From Candidatus Electronema halotolerans (GTDB lineage: Bacteria > Desulfobacterota > Desulfobulbia > Desulfobulbales > Desulfobulbaceae), in the NCBI GenBank assembly GCA_942493095.1, contig OW818675.1, forward strand, positions 300,001 through 332,000: 32,000 bases of DNA. The letters run 5' to 3'. Both the position numbers and the translations under genes were made by a program. The notes beneath the pieces are model-generated. The model was not told the origin of the DNA. It did not search any database and saw only the letters and a program-made list of their open reading frames with translations. The first letter of the stretch is position 1; each line of letters starts with the position of its first letter. Positions 1 through 9,557 of this stretch are shown one piece after another.

Positions 1-966
1 GAGGATTTTGACGCAGTGCTGATGGATATTCAGATGCCGGTCATGGACGGGTATGAGGCGACCCGGAAAATCCGGCAGGAGCTGGGCAGAACTGAACTGC
101 CGATTCTGGCCATGACCGCTCATGCGGTGAGCGAGGAGCGGGACAGATGCTTCCGCATGGGCATGGATGATCATATTGCCAAACCGGTCAGCCGCAGCAT
201 GCTGTTCAAGGTTCTGGCCAGATGGATACGACGGCCTCAGCCTGCTGCGGAACAGGCAGAGCCGCAGCTTCCTGCCAAAAGCTGCGGCCCTTCCTGCCTC
301 AGCGCGCTGTTCCTGGAGGACAGGAAAAACGGTGCTCAGGCTGTCGAGCTTGATCTGGCCGGTGGGATGGAACGGCTGGAAGGCAATAAGAACCTGTACG
401 TGAAGCTGCTCAAGAACTTCTGCCAAGAGCAGGAAAACATCGAGGCCCGGACTGAAGAGCTGCTGCGGACAAACAGTGTTGAGGCGGCTGTCTGTTCGGC
501 CCACAGTTTGAAAGGCGTGGCTGGCAATATTGGCCTGCCCGGAGTGCAAAAAATGGCGGCCAAGGCTGAAGAAGCCTTGCGGGCTGGCTGGACAGCGGAA
601 TCACAGGCACAACTGCGTCAGTTGGCCAGGCAGGTGCGGCAAACGGTTGATCATCTCAGCAGCCGTCTCAGCCCGGCGGAGAACAGCGAGGAGGAACAGG
701 AAGTTCCAGAGAATTTTGACCGGCAGGCCTCCTTGCAGACTCTTCAGCAACTTGCCGCCCTGCTGGAGCAGGCAGACTACTCCTCGCTCCAGTTTCTTGA
801 AGAACATAAAAGCATGATCCGACCGCTGATGAGCAGGCAGCATTTTCTTCGTCTGCTCCATTGCATCGAAGGCTTCAGCTTTGAACAGGCCTTGACAGTG
901 ATCAAGGCCAAACTGCGGCAAGAGGAGCACGATGACTGCGCCGTCAGCTTGGAGGCTGCGGTCTGA
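1..966 (+). CDS. Partial phosphorelay protein (5' end outside the window): C-terminal part of a receiver domain plus an HPt domain, probably the end of a hybrid sensor kinase
   Basis: Frame 1 is open from base 1 (EDFDAVLMDIQMPVMDGYEATRKIR, PILAMTAHA, DDHIAKP are receiver-domain motifs). HSLKGVAGNIG is the HPt phospho-histidine motif. Stop at 964-966. Confidence 0.85.
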   Translation, partial: EDFDAVLMDIQMPVMDGYEATRKIRQELGRTELPILAMTAHAVSEERDRCFRMGMDDHIAKPVSRSMLFKVLARWIRRPQPAAEQAEPQLPAKSCGPSCLSALFLEDRKNGAQAVELDLAGGMERLEGNKNLYVKLLKNFCQEQENIEARTEELLRTNSVEAAVCSAHSLKGVAGNIGLPGVQKMAAKAEEALRAGWTAESQAQLRQLARQVRQTVDHLSSRLSPAENSEEEQEVPENFDRQASLQTLQQLAALLEQADYSSLQFLEEHKSMIRPLMSRQHFLRLLHCIEGFSFEQALTVIKAKLRQEEHDDCAVSLEAAV

Positions 967-1011
967 TGATTCGGCAATTTCTCAGCAGAAAATGGCGGAG
1001 ACAGCACTGCC

Positions 1012-1872
1012 TCAGCCCAGCTTGGCAGACAGTTTCGGCACCGTGTAAGGCACTTGCAGATACTCAAGAACCTTGGCGGCCTTGGGCTGCCCGTGCTGGC
1101 GGAGCAGGCGTGAAAAGTTGATGCTGACACCAAAGTAAAAATCTCTTTCTTTGTTAAGCTCCGGCGTGTCATAGCCGCGTGTGTAGTAGCCGCCGTGCAG
1201 TTCAAGCCAGTCAAGCCACGTGTCTTGCAGGCTGTCAAAACCGTCTAATTTGACCACCATTGCATAATACATGTTGGAGTAGTCATCAAAAAGACCTTTG
1301 ATTGGCGCATTGAAGGCGTATTCAACCCGGAAGTCGATCTTGCGGTCCAAGGCCGGATAATGCTCCATCAGCACGCTGGTCAACATGCCGACCGTGTTCA
1401 TGGTCATGTCGCCCCAGTCAAAGCCCTGGGTTTCGCTGGTCGCATCATCCAGCTCCATGATCGTCTGGACTGTCCATGAAGACAAGGCAGCATAGGTGTT
1501 AGCTCGTTGCCCATCATAGCCCCAATGTTTATACAGCCCGGTGAGCGCATCAGACAGGGCGTAGGTTGACCAAAAATGCCCCATCTTGTCTGCGCCGCCG
1601 TACTTTGCGTCTTTCTCAAACCAGCCTTCGTTGGCCCAGTGAAACTGGGCCGAGCCATAGTCCCAGTCGGCAAAGCCGTACAGGGTGATGAAGGATGCGG
1701 CGGCGATGTTGGTGTACAGGACTTTCTTCTCCTTGGGCAGACTGCACCACCAGCCCGCATCAGGACTGGAGCCGGGTGCGGCAGAGCTGGTTATCGGCCC
1801 GCTCTGACTGAAGGCGGAGCTGGCAAGCAGCGGACTGAGGAGGAAAAGAAACGTCAGAGCGGGCAATTTCAT
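1012..1872 (-). CDS. Secreted or outer-membrane protein of unknown function (possibly DUF2279-like)
   Basis: ORF 1012..1893. The preferred start is the ATG at 1872 (MKLPALTFLFLLSPLLASSAFS, a signal peptide), preceded by GGAGAG. The motif GGADKMGHFWSTYALSD recalls periplasmic lipoprotein families. The function is not established. Confidence 0.65.
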   Translation of the reverse strand: MKLPALTFLFLLSPLLASSAFSQSGPITSSAAPGSSPDAGWWCSLPKEKKVLYTNIAAASFITLYGFADWDYGSAQFHWANEGWFEKDAKYGGADKMGHFWSTYALSDALTGLYKHWGYDGQRANTYAALSSWTVQTIMELDDATSETQGFDWGDMTMNTVGMLTSVLMEHYPALDRKIDFRVEYAFNAPIKGLFDDYSNMYYAMVVKLDGFDSLQDTWLDWLELHGGYYTRGYDTPELNKERDFYFGVSINFSRLLRQHGQPKAAKVLEYLQVPYTVPKLSAKLG

Positions 1873-2092
1873 GTTCTGCTCTCCAAGAGGCAAAGTTTTG
1901 CAATCAGCTTTTCAGCAAGGTACCCTGCCTGATAAAAAAAATCAATACAGACCAAAGAAGGCAGCCCGCAGCCGTCCCTCTGATTCCCGACTGCATGAGA
2001 AAACAAGTGCAAGAAATTGCCATTCATGCTATTTTTGCGAATTCTCCGCAGGTTGCGGGCGCAGTCCTCAACAGAGCAAGACGCATCAGGCA

Positions 2093-2341
2093 ATGGCAAT
2101 GAACAAGCTGCATATCACCGGGAAAAACTTTGATTTGGGCAAGGGCGAGATCGGAAGGATCATCCGCTTCCTCCTGTGCGGCAAAATCATGCCGTTAGGC
2201 AATCTTGGCGGCGGAGCGCGGCTGCGGGGCCTGCTGGCGCTGCTGCTCTCTCATACCTTTGGCGGGATCATCTTTCCCCTGCTTGTCCCTTTTGAAGACA
2301 AGCTCCATCACCTCTACCAGCGGCTGCGAAAGCAGGCATGA
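2093..2341 (+). CDS. Small hypothetical protein (82 aa), possibly translationally coupled to the acyltransferase gene
   Basis: ATG at 2093 (MAMNKLHITGKNF...). Its stop overlaps the next start (ATGA at 2338-2341). No recognisable motif. The upstream part of ORF 1871..2341 looks non-coding. Confidence 0.35.
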   Translation: MAMNKLHITGKNFDLGKGEIGRIIRFLLCGKIMPLGNLGGGARLRGLLALLLSHTFGGIIFPLLVPFEDKLHHLYQRLRKQA

Positions 2342-3942
2342 TGCGCAGCCAAAAGGACTGGCTGGTCTTGACCGCCGCCCTGCTTCTCTATGCCGTGCTG
2401 CATATAGTTTGCAGCCGTGCGCTTTCCGGCGCGGCCTTTGTTGAAGTTGTGGCCGAGCTGGATCATCGCGACCGGTTCCAAGTCTTTTATTCAGGCGGCA
2501 GCGATTTCAGCGAGCAGCATTCATTTTTTTCCGCCATGATCGAGCCGGGTCAGCCGCAGACGGTGCGCATTGCCCTGCATTCCGCCTCAGTGCGGCGGCT
2601 GCGGCTTGATTTAGGCGAACAGCCCGGCACAGTCCGTCTCCACCAGATGACCGTGGCAGGCATCTTTGCCCAAGACGCAGCACTCTCAGCAGCAGATATT
2701 TTCCGGCTCTTCAGCAGTCATGCCCCAGATGCAGCCGTTCGTCTTGATCAGGATGCTGTGACAATCCAGACTGGCAAGGATTCCTATATTGTCTGCAATG
2801 AGCCGCTCTTGGGAACGCATTCCCTGCTGCTTTATTTCCTCCCGCCAGCCTTTGCGTTCTTCATCTTCCTCCTCCTCCAGCAGACAGCGTTCAGCAAACT
2901 GGCACCCTTTGCCGACCTGCGCGACAAGCGGCCATCTGTGGGGAAAAACATTGCGGCCTTGGATGGCCTGCGCGCCATTGCCGTGATTATGGTGGTGGCG
3001 GATCACACATGGGGTCTGTTTTCCGGTCTCGGAGCCAGCGGAGTGTGGATATTCATGACTCTGAGCGGCTTCCTGATTGCCCGACCCTTTATTCAGCAGC
3101 CGGAGCGGGCTGTCTCACTGTCGTATCTGCGCCATTTTTTCATCCGCCGGGCCAAAAGAATTCTGCCAGTTTATTGCGCCTACATTCTCGTGGTATTTGT
3201 CTTCAGCGGACGCTTTGACGAGGCAGCACTGCATCTTCTCTTTCTCAAAGGCAGCGGCCATCTCTGGGTGGTGCCGCAGGAAATGCTCTTTTATCTGCTC
3301 ACGCCGCCGCTCATGCTGACAAGCTGCCTGCTGCTTGGCAGCTATCCGCTGCTTGTCATTCCCGCGCTGACCGCGCTGATGCTGGCGGCCAACCGCTTTC
3401 TCGATCAGAGCGTCCTTGCCCTGCTCGGCATGGACAATGTCTGGCTGCGGCTTTATCTTGGCGTTTTTCTGGCTGGAGTCATTGCCTCTTGGCTGCATCA
3501 CGGCATCTGGCTGAAAAAGATCAGGCCGGACCTGCGGCAGAGATGCCGCTCCTGGGCAGCAGGCGCAGTCATTGCCATTCTCCTCTTTTTCCTCCTCTGC
3601 TCTGAAGAGCATCTCTGGGGCGGCAAGCGAATATTCACTCAGATATATTTCCCTTGGTTCGGCGCGGCAGCGGCAATGCTGATTCTCGCAGCCTTGGCAG
3701 CAGAGGACGCAGTCGCAGTGCGCTTTCTCTCCAGCCTGCCCCTGCGGGCACTGAGTTTGGTCTCCTTCAGTGTTTATATCTTTCACACTCTGATCTTGGA
3801 CATTCTCCGCAAAGGGGCGGAATTGTACTGCGGCAGGCATCTGACCGGCGCACCGCTGTTCCTTCTCACCCTTTTCGGGAGCTATCTCTTCGCCTGCATC
3901 ACTTATTCCCTGATCGAGCGGCCTTTTCTCCGCCCGGCATGA
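2338..3942 (+). CDS. Acyltransferase family 3 (OafA/YrhL-like O-acyltransferase) with an extra N-terminal TM plus extracytoplasmic domain
   Basis: LDGLRAIAVIMVVADH and RRAKRILPVY are typical acyltransferase-3 motifs. About 10 hydrophobic segments. Roughly 190 aa of N-terminal extension. Confidence 0.85.
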   Translation: MMRSQKDWLVLTAALLLYAVLHIVCSRALSGAAFVEVVAELDHRDRFQVFYSGGSDFSEQHSFFSAMIEPGQPQTVRIALHSASVRRLRLDLGEQPGTVRLHQMTVAGIFAQDAALSAADIFRLFSSHAPDAAVRLDQDAVTIQTGKDSYIVCNEPLLGTHSLLLYFLPPAFAFFIFLLLQQTAFSKLAPFADLRDKRPSVGKNIAALDGLRAIAVIMVVADHTWGLFSGLGASGVWIFMTLSGFLIARPFIQQPERAVSLSYLRHFFIRRAKRILPVYCAYILVVFVFSGRFDEAALHLLFLKGSGHLWVVPQEMLFYLLTPPLMLTSCLLLGSYPLLVIPALTALMLAANRFLDQSVLALLGMDNVWLRLYLGVFLAGVIASWLHHGIWLKKIRPDLRQRCRSWAAGAVIAILLFFLLCSEEHLWGGKRIFTQIYFPWFGAAAAMLILAALAAEDAVAVRFLSSLPLRALSLVSFSVYIFHTLILDILRKGAELYCGRHLTGAPLFLLTLFGSYLFACITYSLIERPFLRPA

Positions 3943-3963
3943 TTATTTTCCCACAAACATCCC

Positions 3964-5913
3964 ATGCAGTTTTCCTCCCTGTTCAGCTATTTTTTTCCGG
4001 CCCGGCCCTTGCACGGCCTCAATCTGCTGCCAGCGGCAGCTAAAGAAGAGGCACCGTCCAAGGTCCAGCCTTGGCTCTTTCTCCTGATTTTGACCGCTGT
4101 CTTCAGCGCGGCCTATTATTTTCTTATTTTCAACCGCGCCCTTGTCGAACTGGAGCTGGAAACGGACACCCGCACCGTGCTCAAATTCTACTGGCCTGAC
4201 CAGCAGGGACAATACAGCGAGAAGAAATCAGCCCAGCTCCTGCTCAAGCCGGGGCGAAGAACCTACAGCATCCGGGTCACAGACATCTCCGGCCTTAATC
4301 ATCTGCGCTTGGATCCGAGCGAGAACAAGACCGCCATCATCAGCATTCACCGCCTTGCAGTGCGACAGATCGGCTTTCCTCTCTGGGAGCTGCGCAGCCA
4401 GGCTGATTTTGCCGCCCATCTGCGGGTTCTGACTGGCGTGGAGGCCATGAGTTTGCTGCCCAAAGGCGGCATCCGTCTTTGGATCAAAGATATTGATCCC
4501 CAGCTGGAGCTTGTCCTGCCGAACATGGTGCGGCACATTCCTTGGCTGCACGTGCTGGAGCACGGGCTGGGCATTTTCCTGCTGGCCTGCGGCTGCCTTT
4601 TCCTCTCCCGCCTCTTTTCGCCGCAGCTTGAGTTCATCCCGCTGCTGGCGGTCTTTGCTTTGGCCCTGATCATGGTCATGGCCGCGATCAGCGGTTTCAA
4701 CACCCATCCTGATGAATCCGTGCATGCAGCCGCAGGCAGCTATTACATCAATCACAGCCTGCCGCCCAGAGTCGGTGATCCGGCCATTGCTGACACGTAC
4801 AGCGTCTATGGCGTTTCCCGGCTTCATTCCGGTGAAATTTACTATCTGCTGGCCGGAAAGTTCCTCCGCCTGCTCAAGCCGCTTCATCTGCCAGCTTATC
4901 AGGGGATGCGCCTCTTCAATGTCCTGCTTTTCTTCATCCTGATTGTGGCGGCGGGCAGGGCGGGCTTCCGGCCTTTTTTCCTGCCGCTGCTGATTTCTCC
5001 CCAGATTTGGTATCTGTTCAGTTATGCGGACTCTGAGGCATTGTCCTTGTTTTTCAGCCTGCTGGCCGCCTGGCAGCTGGCCGCGCCTGATTCGCCTCTC
5101 AACCGTCTGCTGCGGAACGAGCCGGAACAATTTGCCTGGCTCACGCCCCTGCATCTTGGCCTCCTGCTTGGCCTGCTGCTGCTCCAGAAGCTGAATTTCT
5201 ATCCTCTCTACGTGTTCTTTTTCTGCTATTTCTTCTGGCGGCTCTGGCTGACCCCGCCAGTCTGGAGCAGGAGAACCATCGCCCGTTTTCTTGCCATTAT
5301 TCTGATTGGCGGCTTCTCTTTCAGCGCAGTCAAAATCACGGATGTCTGGGTCAATGACTTTAAAAAAGGCGAGTTGGAGCTGGCCGTCCGGGAGCAGCGG
5401 GCCGAGTACATGTACAAACCCAGCACACCGTTGGCGAAAAAGCATCCCTATCTTCAGCTCTGCGACCGGGGCAAGACCCTGCGGCAGATGCTGGAGGTTG
5501 ACCGCTGGGGCGAGAACTCATTCCGAACCGCTTTTGGGGTCTATGGCTACACCCAGTATTCAGCTCCGTTCGCCTATTACGACTATGTGCGGGTGATCGG
5601 ATTGCTGCTCCTGCTGGTGCTGGCCATTGCCCTGCTGCGCGCCGGGCTGCCCGGCCTGAGCCTGCTCGGTCTGGCCGCAGGCTGGAGCCTGTTTTTTCTT
5701 GCCGTTTTGATCTATCATGCCTGGACCGAGGATTTTCAAGCCCAAGGCCGGTATCTGCTGCCCATGCTGCCTATGCTGGCCATGCTCTATTATCACTGCC
5801 AGCGGGTTCTGAGCCGACCGCTGTTCTACAGTGTATTTGTTCTTCTCTTTCTGCTTTCAGTGTATAACTTCATCTTCATCGGCCTGCATGACATTGGCAG
5901 GTCTTTGCTGTAA
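3964..5913 (+). CDS. Polytopic membrane protein, GT-C-like (polyprenyl-phosphate-sugar dependent glycosyltransferase fold suspected)
   Basis: 649 aa with many TM segments. HPDESVHAAAGSYY is an acidic loop motif after an early TM, as seen in ArnT/PMT-type enzymes. Same strand as and 21 nt downstream of the acyltransferase gene. Confidence 0.7.
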   Translation: MQFSSLFSYFFPARPLHGLNLLPAAAKEEAPSKVQPWLFLLILTAVFSAAYYFLIFNRALVELELETDTRTVLKFYWPDQQGQYSEKKSAQLLLKPGRRTYSIRVTDISGLNHLRLDPSENKTAIISIHRLAVRQIGFPLWELRSQADFAAHLRVLTGVEAMSLLPKGGIRLWIKDIDPQLELVLPNMVRHIPWLHVLEHGLGIFLLACGCLFLSRLFSPQLEFIPLLAVFALALIMVMAAISGFNTHPDESVHAAAGSYYINHSLPPRVGDPAIADTYSVYGVSRLHSGEIYYLLAGKFLRLLKPLHLPAYQGMRLFNVLLFFILIVAAGRAGFRPFFLPLLISPQIWYLFSYADSEALSLFFSLLAAWQLAAPDSPLNRLLRNEPEQFAWLTPLHLGLLLGLLLLQKLNFYPLYVFFFCYFFWRLWLTPPVWSRRTIARFLAIILIGGFSFSAVKITDVWVNDFKKGELELAVREQRAEYMYKPSTPLAKKHPYLQLCDRGKTLRQMLEVDRWGENSFRTAFGVYGYTQYSAPFAYYDYVRVIGLLLLLVLAIALLRAGLPGLSLLGLAAGWSLFFLAVLIYHAWTEDFQAQGRYLLPMLPMLAMLYYHCQRVLSRPLFYSVFVLLFLLSVYNFIFIGLHDIGRSLL

Positions 5914-6120
5914 TTTTCCTGACAATCCATGCTGCGGGCGGTGTTTTTTGTCAGTAAAACCATTAAAAGACCGGAGAAGTTTGTGTAAATGAAAAGTGCT
6001 GAAAGTGTCGAAGAAGTATCGAAGTGCTGCATGGCCTGATCAGGACACCAAAAAAGCCATAATTACAACTATCTGATTTATCAAAAACAAGTCATGCGTT
6101 TGTCTTGGAATAATGCCGGG

Positions 6121-6837
6121 TCAGTCGGTTGAAAAACGGTATTTGAGGATGCAGTACAGGGCGCGGAAGCCGTCCTTGATGCCGATCTTCTTGCCTTCAG
6201 CATAGGTGCGACCGCTGTAGGAAATGCCGACTTCGTAAATCGGGCAGCCAGTTCTGGCCACTTTGGCCGTGATCTCCGGCTCAAAGCCAAACCGGTCTTC
6301 CCGGATGGTGATGTTCTGCAGCACCTCCCGCCGGAAGACCTTGTAGCAGGTTTCCATGTCGGTCAGGTTCAAATTGGTGCATATATTGGAGAGCAGGGTC
6401 AGGAGGCGGTTGCCGACCATGTGCCAGAAATACAGCACCCGGTGCGCTTCTGAACCGACAAAGCGGGAGCCATAGACCACGTCGGCCTTGCCATCAAGAA
6501 TCGGCTGGAGCAGCTTGGGATATTCTTGAGGATCGTATTCCAAATCCGCATCCTGAATCAGGATGATATCGCCGGTCGCAGCAGCGAAGCCGGAGCGCAG
6601 GGCCGCGCCTTTACCCTGGTTTTGCTCATGAAAGACCCGGACGATGTTGCTGTCCGGTAGCTGCTCCATGATTTGCCTGGTGCTGTCAGTGGAAGCATCG
6701 TCAACAAGAACAAGCTCCTTGGCCAACGGCAGCTGCACCGCCTGCACGGTCTTGACCACGGTTTGCAAGGTCTTTTCTTCGTTATAGGCGGGAATGACAA
6801 TGGACAGTTTGGCAAAGCCTGCGGCGGGGTTCTTCAT
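6121..6837 (-). CDS. Glycosyltransferase family 2 (polyprenyl-phosphate sugar synthase type, GtrB/ArnC/DPM1-like)
   Basis: [23 protein letters not shown] and QDADLEYDP (DxD) motifs. ATGA overlap with the upstream methyltransferase stop (6834-6837). Confidence 0.9.
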   Translation of the reverse strand: MKNPAAGFAKLSIVIPAYNEEKTLQTVVKTVQAVQLPLAKELVLVDDASTDSTRQIMEQLPDSNIVRVFHEQNQGKGAALRSGFAAATGDIILIQDADLEYDPQEYPKLLQPILDGKADVVYGSRFVGSEAHRVLYFWHMVGNRLLTLLSNICTNLNLTDMETCYKVFRREVLQNITIREDRFGFEPEITAKVARTGCPIYEVGISYSGRTYAEGKKIGIKDGFRALYCILKYRFSTD

Positions 6838-7403
6838 CGTACTTTTCTCATCACACAGAAGTTGTTCATGCCAAGCTGAAAGGAACGATGCTTGACGATT
6901 GCAAATCTGCCGTCAGCCGCAGCAAGCTGACGCAGTTCCGGCAGGTCATAGTATTTTTTATGATCCGCTATCTCGGCCTGGCTGACAAGGCCCAGTTTGA
7001 AGGCGAGAAACTCCAGCACAGGTTTGGCCCGTTTTCCCGGCACAGTCAGAACTAATTTGCCGTCCTCCTGCAAGACTCGGCCTATTTCCGCCAGCATTTC
7101 CTGCGGTTTTTCCAAGTGCTCAAGCACGGCCAGCATGGTCACGGCATGGAACGAGTGGTCGGCAAACGGCAGCGAGGCATCCAGCCGGGCTTGGATAGTG
7201 CGGATTTTACCAAAGGAGGCGGCAGGGACTTTGAAGTCGATCCCTGTGCCTTGGGCAATATGCGGGGCAATGGTTGACAAAAACTTATGATTGAAGCCGC
7301 AGCCGATATCTAACAGATTGCAGTCTGGAATTGCTCTGATCTCATCCAGCACCCTGCCGATTCGCATCTTTCTGAGAATCGGCTCCATGATCGCCTCGTG
7401 CAT
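6834..7403 (-). CDS. Class I SAM-dependent methyltransferase
   Basis: LLDIGCGFN (motif I) and [10 protein letters not shown]. The start is uncertain (7403, 7388 or 7367). All candidates overlap the 3' end of the upstream membrane-protein gene. Confidence 0.85.
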   Translation of the reverse strand: MHEAIMEPILRKMRIGRVLDEIRAIPDCNLLDIGCGFNHKFLSTIAPHIAQGTGIDFKVPAASFGKIRTIQARLDASLPFADHSFHAVTMLAVLEHLEKPQEMLAEIGRVLQEDGKLVLTVPGKRAKPVLEFLAFKLGLVSQAEIADHKKYYDLPELRQLAAADGRFAIVKHRSFQLGMNNFCVMRKVR

Positions 7404-9123
7404 TGCTCATCATCTCCCAGACCGGCGGCACAAGCAGAACCAGCAGCAGTGGCAGCACCTGCACGGTCAGCCGGTTCCAAGCCGTGCCGATCTGCCAGTA
7501 TATTTCGTTGCTGCTGCAAAGAATAATGGCAAGATAACCGGCCAAGAGAGCAATTGGCAAGAACAAAGGCCGCAGATCATCTTTGCGCCTGAACAGTATT
7601 GCGACCAGAGCAAAGATGATGCCAAAGCCGACAAGGTTCCATTGCCGGACATCCTTCCACATTACGTAGATCGCCTTGCCTGCTGGCAGCAGCCGTCCAG
7701 CGGCATGACGCAGGCTGGCGGCTTGCCAATGCAGGCCCGCAGCAGCTTGGGAGCTGAGATCAAGATGCAGCCGTGACCACCAGAACCAGAAGGCGGTGCA
7801 GCCTGCAAAGGTGAGCAGATAGAGCACTGCCGCCTTCAGCTGCCCGCTACCAAGGAGCATCAAGCCAAGCAGCAGGGCAAAGAGCAGACCTTCGTTTTTT
7901 GTCAACGCTGCTCCGGCGGCGAACAAGGCGGCAAGCACCGCATCAGCTAATCTGCTGTCGCTTTGCCAGCGCAGGAATGCGGATAAGCCGCAGGTCATCA
8001 TCAGCCAGAGTGGGGCCTCGGCATAGCCCCATGAGGCGACCAGCGGCACATTGGGAACAGAGACAAACAAGGCGGCGGCAAAAAATCCGGCCAGCTGGCT
8101 GCCGCTCTGCCGCCTGACCGCAGCCAGCATCTCCCAAGCGCAGAGCAGGAGAAAGACTGCGCCCCAGCCCTTGCTCCAGCATTCCTCCCAGCCGCCAGCC
8201 AGCCAGCCGGACAAAGCCCAGATTGTCGGCCAGAGCAGCGGATAATCCGGGTGGCCGAACCGGGTCACATCTTTGAGCGGGCCGCTGCCCAAGGCCAGCA
8301 CTTTGGCCTTGCTGCCCCACATTGCCCACGCATCCCAGTCATCCGGGACCACAACCACAGCCATGAGGAAGCTCCACAGCACTGCCAGCAGAATGATCAG
8401 GCCCAGCAGCCCGGCCAAGAGCCGTTCTCGTCCGGGCATGGCCGCAGGAGCGGGACGAGCCGGAGGAGACAGTCTGCTGACAAGCGCATTGCCAAGCAGC
8501 ATGGCCCAGCCGACAAGTGCGAGAATGATTGCCCCGCCAAAGGCTGGGGCGGCGGAAAGAAAAAACAAACGGCTCGGCAGTGCCAAAAGTGTGATGAAAA
8601 GGCAGGCCAAGGCCAGGCATTCCGGCCAAGTGGCCCGTCCGCGCCACATTTTGCGGAGCAAGGCGGCCCAGCCGAGCAGCACGGCAAAGGACAAAATCAG
8701 CCCCTTGGGACTGCTGCGTTCTTCCGACAGGGAAGCCGTGTCAGGCTGTCCGGCGGGCGGGCCGCTGACAGTCAGAGTGCCGCCTTTGACATCAAGGATG
8801 TGCTCGGCTTTTTTGACCGGAATGCGGGGAATCAGCAGATACTGGATGTAGGAGAGCGCGTTTGCGTCGCCGCGTGCCTTATAGCGGAGAGCAGCAGGCC
8901 ACTGCGCTGCCAGCTCTGCTGTCTTATCTGCCAAGACCGGAGGCAGACCGGCCCGCTCAAAGACAATCCGCCGCTGTTCGGCAGGACTTTTGCCAAAATA
9001 GAGCACCCGTTCGCGCTGCTGCCAGAGCTGATACATGCACGCCAAGGCGGCAAAGGTCACAAGCAGCCAGCAGCCGATAGACACTTTGAGCAGCATGTTT
9101 TTGGCCTTGCCGCTCATAAGCAC
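7342..9123 (-). CDS. Polytopic membrane protein, GT-C/ArnT-like suspected
   Basis: 593 aa with more than 10 TM segments. Acidic periplasmic motif VVPDDWDAWAMWGSKAKV. First gene of a minus-strand operon with the methyltransferase and GT2 genes. Confidence 0.7.
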   Translation of the reverse strand: MLMSGKAKNMLLKVSIGCWLLVTFAALACMYQLWQQRERVLYFGKSPAEQRRIVFERAGLPPVLADKTAELAAQWPAALRYKARGDANALSYIQYLLIPRIPVKKAEHILDVKGGTLTVSGPPAGQPDTASLSEERSSPKGLILSFAVLLGWAALLRKMWRGRATWPECLALACLFITLLALPSRLFFLSAAPAFGGAIILALVGWAMLLGNALVSRLSPPARPAPAAMPGRERLLAGLLGLIILLAVLWSFLMAVVVVPDDWDAWAMWGSKAKVLALGSGPLKDVTRFGHPDYPLLWPTIWALSGWLAGGWEECWSKGWGAVFLLLCAWEMLAAVRRQSGSQLAGFFAAALFVSVPNVPLVASWGYAEAPLWLMMTCGLSAFLRWQSDSRLADAVLAALFAAGAALTKNEGLLFALLLGLMLLGSGQLKAAVLYLLTFAGCTAFWFWWSRLHLDLSSQAAAGLHWQAASLRHAAGRLLPAGKAIYVMWKDVRQWNLVGFGIIFALVAILFRRKDDLRPLFLPIALLAGYLAIILCSSNEIYWQIGTAWNRLTVQVLPLLLVLLVPPVWEMMSNARGDHGADSQKDANRQGAG

Positions 9124-9500
9124 TTCCTTTCAGGTCGTGGAGTCAGGCAGCTCAAGGTTGTTTGCTCTCCGCAGCAAGGCCCTGCTCGACGTTTTTTCAA
9201 AATCAGAAATTCTTTTGATGTCTCCTGTTGCCAAAGACAGGGCGGCCCGCCAATAACAATGTCAGCCTTTGGATAAACAGTATCAACAGTCAGGGTTTTT
9301 TGAACACATCTGCCGAGCAAGTTGCGGTTGTATGTTTCTGCTGCGTATTCCTCCATTTCATAGCCAATGGTTTTAAATCCATTAGCTTCAAAACCAAGTG
9401 ACAAACCGCCGCACCCTGCAAAAAGATCAATGACTGTTTTGTTGAGCGCAACATCAATCCAAGGAGTTAATTCTTTCTTTATTTTTTCCCAGTATTCCAT
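9114..9500 (-). pseudogene. Truncated DNA (cytosine-5) methyltransferase: N-terminal fragment only
   Basis: DLFAGCGGLSLGF (motif I, SAM binding) and IVIGGPPC (motif IV). The sequence after PPC (LWQQETSKEF...) loses all similarity to the expected QxFS and ENV motifs. Only about 87 aa are methyltransferase-like, against the 300+ aa expected. Confidence 0.65.
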
Positions 9501-9511
9501 CTTTGCTTTTA

Positions 9512-9540
9512 AAGGGGCAGATGCTAAGGCATTGCCCCTT
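9512..9540 (-). terminator. Hairpin downstream of pycB (8-bp GC-rich stem AAGGGGCA/TGCCCCTT, 13-nt loop); no clear U-tract
   Basis: Inverted repeat read directly at 9512-9519 and 9533-9540, 18 nt after the pycB stop. Confidence 0.35.
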
Positions 9541-9557
9541 GTTGTGCAAGAAAAATG

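Noticed and set aside
1871-2092. N-terminal half of ORF 1871..2341 (MFCSPRGKVLQS...)
   Set aside because: It overlaps the start region of the divergent gene at 1872 and is basic and low-complexity. Only the distal part from the ATG at 2093 is kept, as a low-confidence small CDS.
4228-5445. Long antisense ORFs opposite well-supported genes (also 8251..9276, 9555..10844, 13431..14603, 16877..17713, 20650..21285, 21498..22173, 23167..23985, 24862..25572)
   Set aside because: Each lies entirely inside a gene with clear family motifs on the other strand. Their translations are low-complexity and Arg/Gly/Ala/Pro/Gln-rich, with no motifs, as expected for shadow ORFs in GC-rich coding DNA.
5989-6039. 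16-codon ORF MKSAESVEEVSKCCMA with an upstream GGAGAAG in the convergent spacer between the two glycan operons (possible small or RiPP-like peptide)
   Set aside because: No neighbouring modification, export or immunity genes. The ORF is too short to separate from chance. Noted only as a candidate for ribosome profiling.
7342-7403. 62-nt overlap between the GT-C-like gene end and the methyltransferase start, considered as a possible frameshift or fusion
   Set aside because: Both frames carry their own family features and internal alternative starts (7388, 7367) reduce the overlap. Overlapping starts are common in compact operons, so nothing is demonstrably abnormal.
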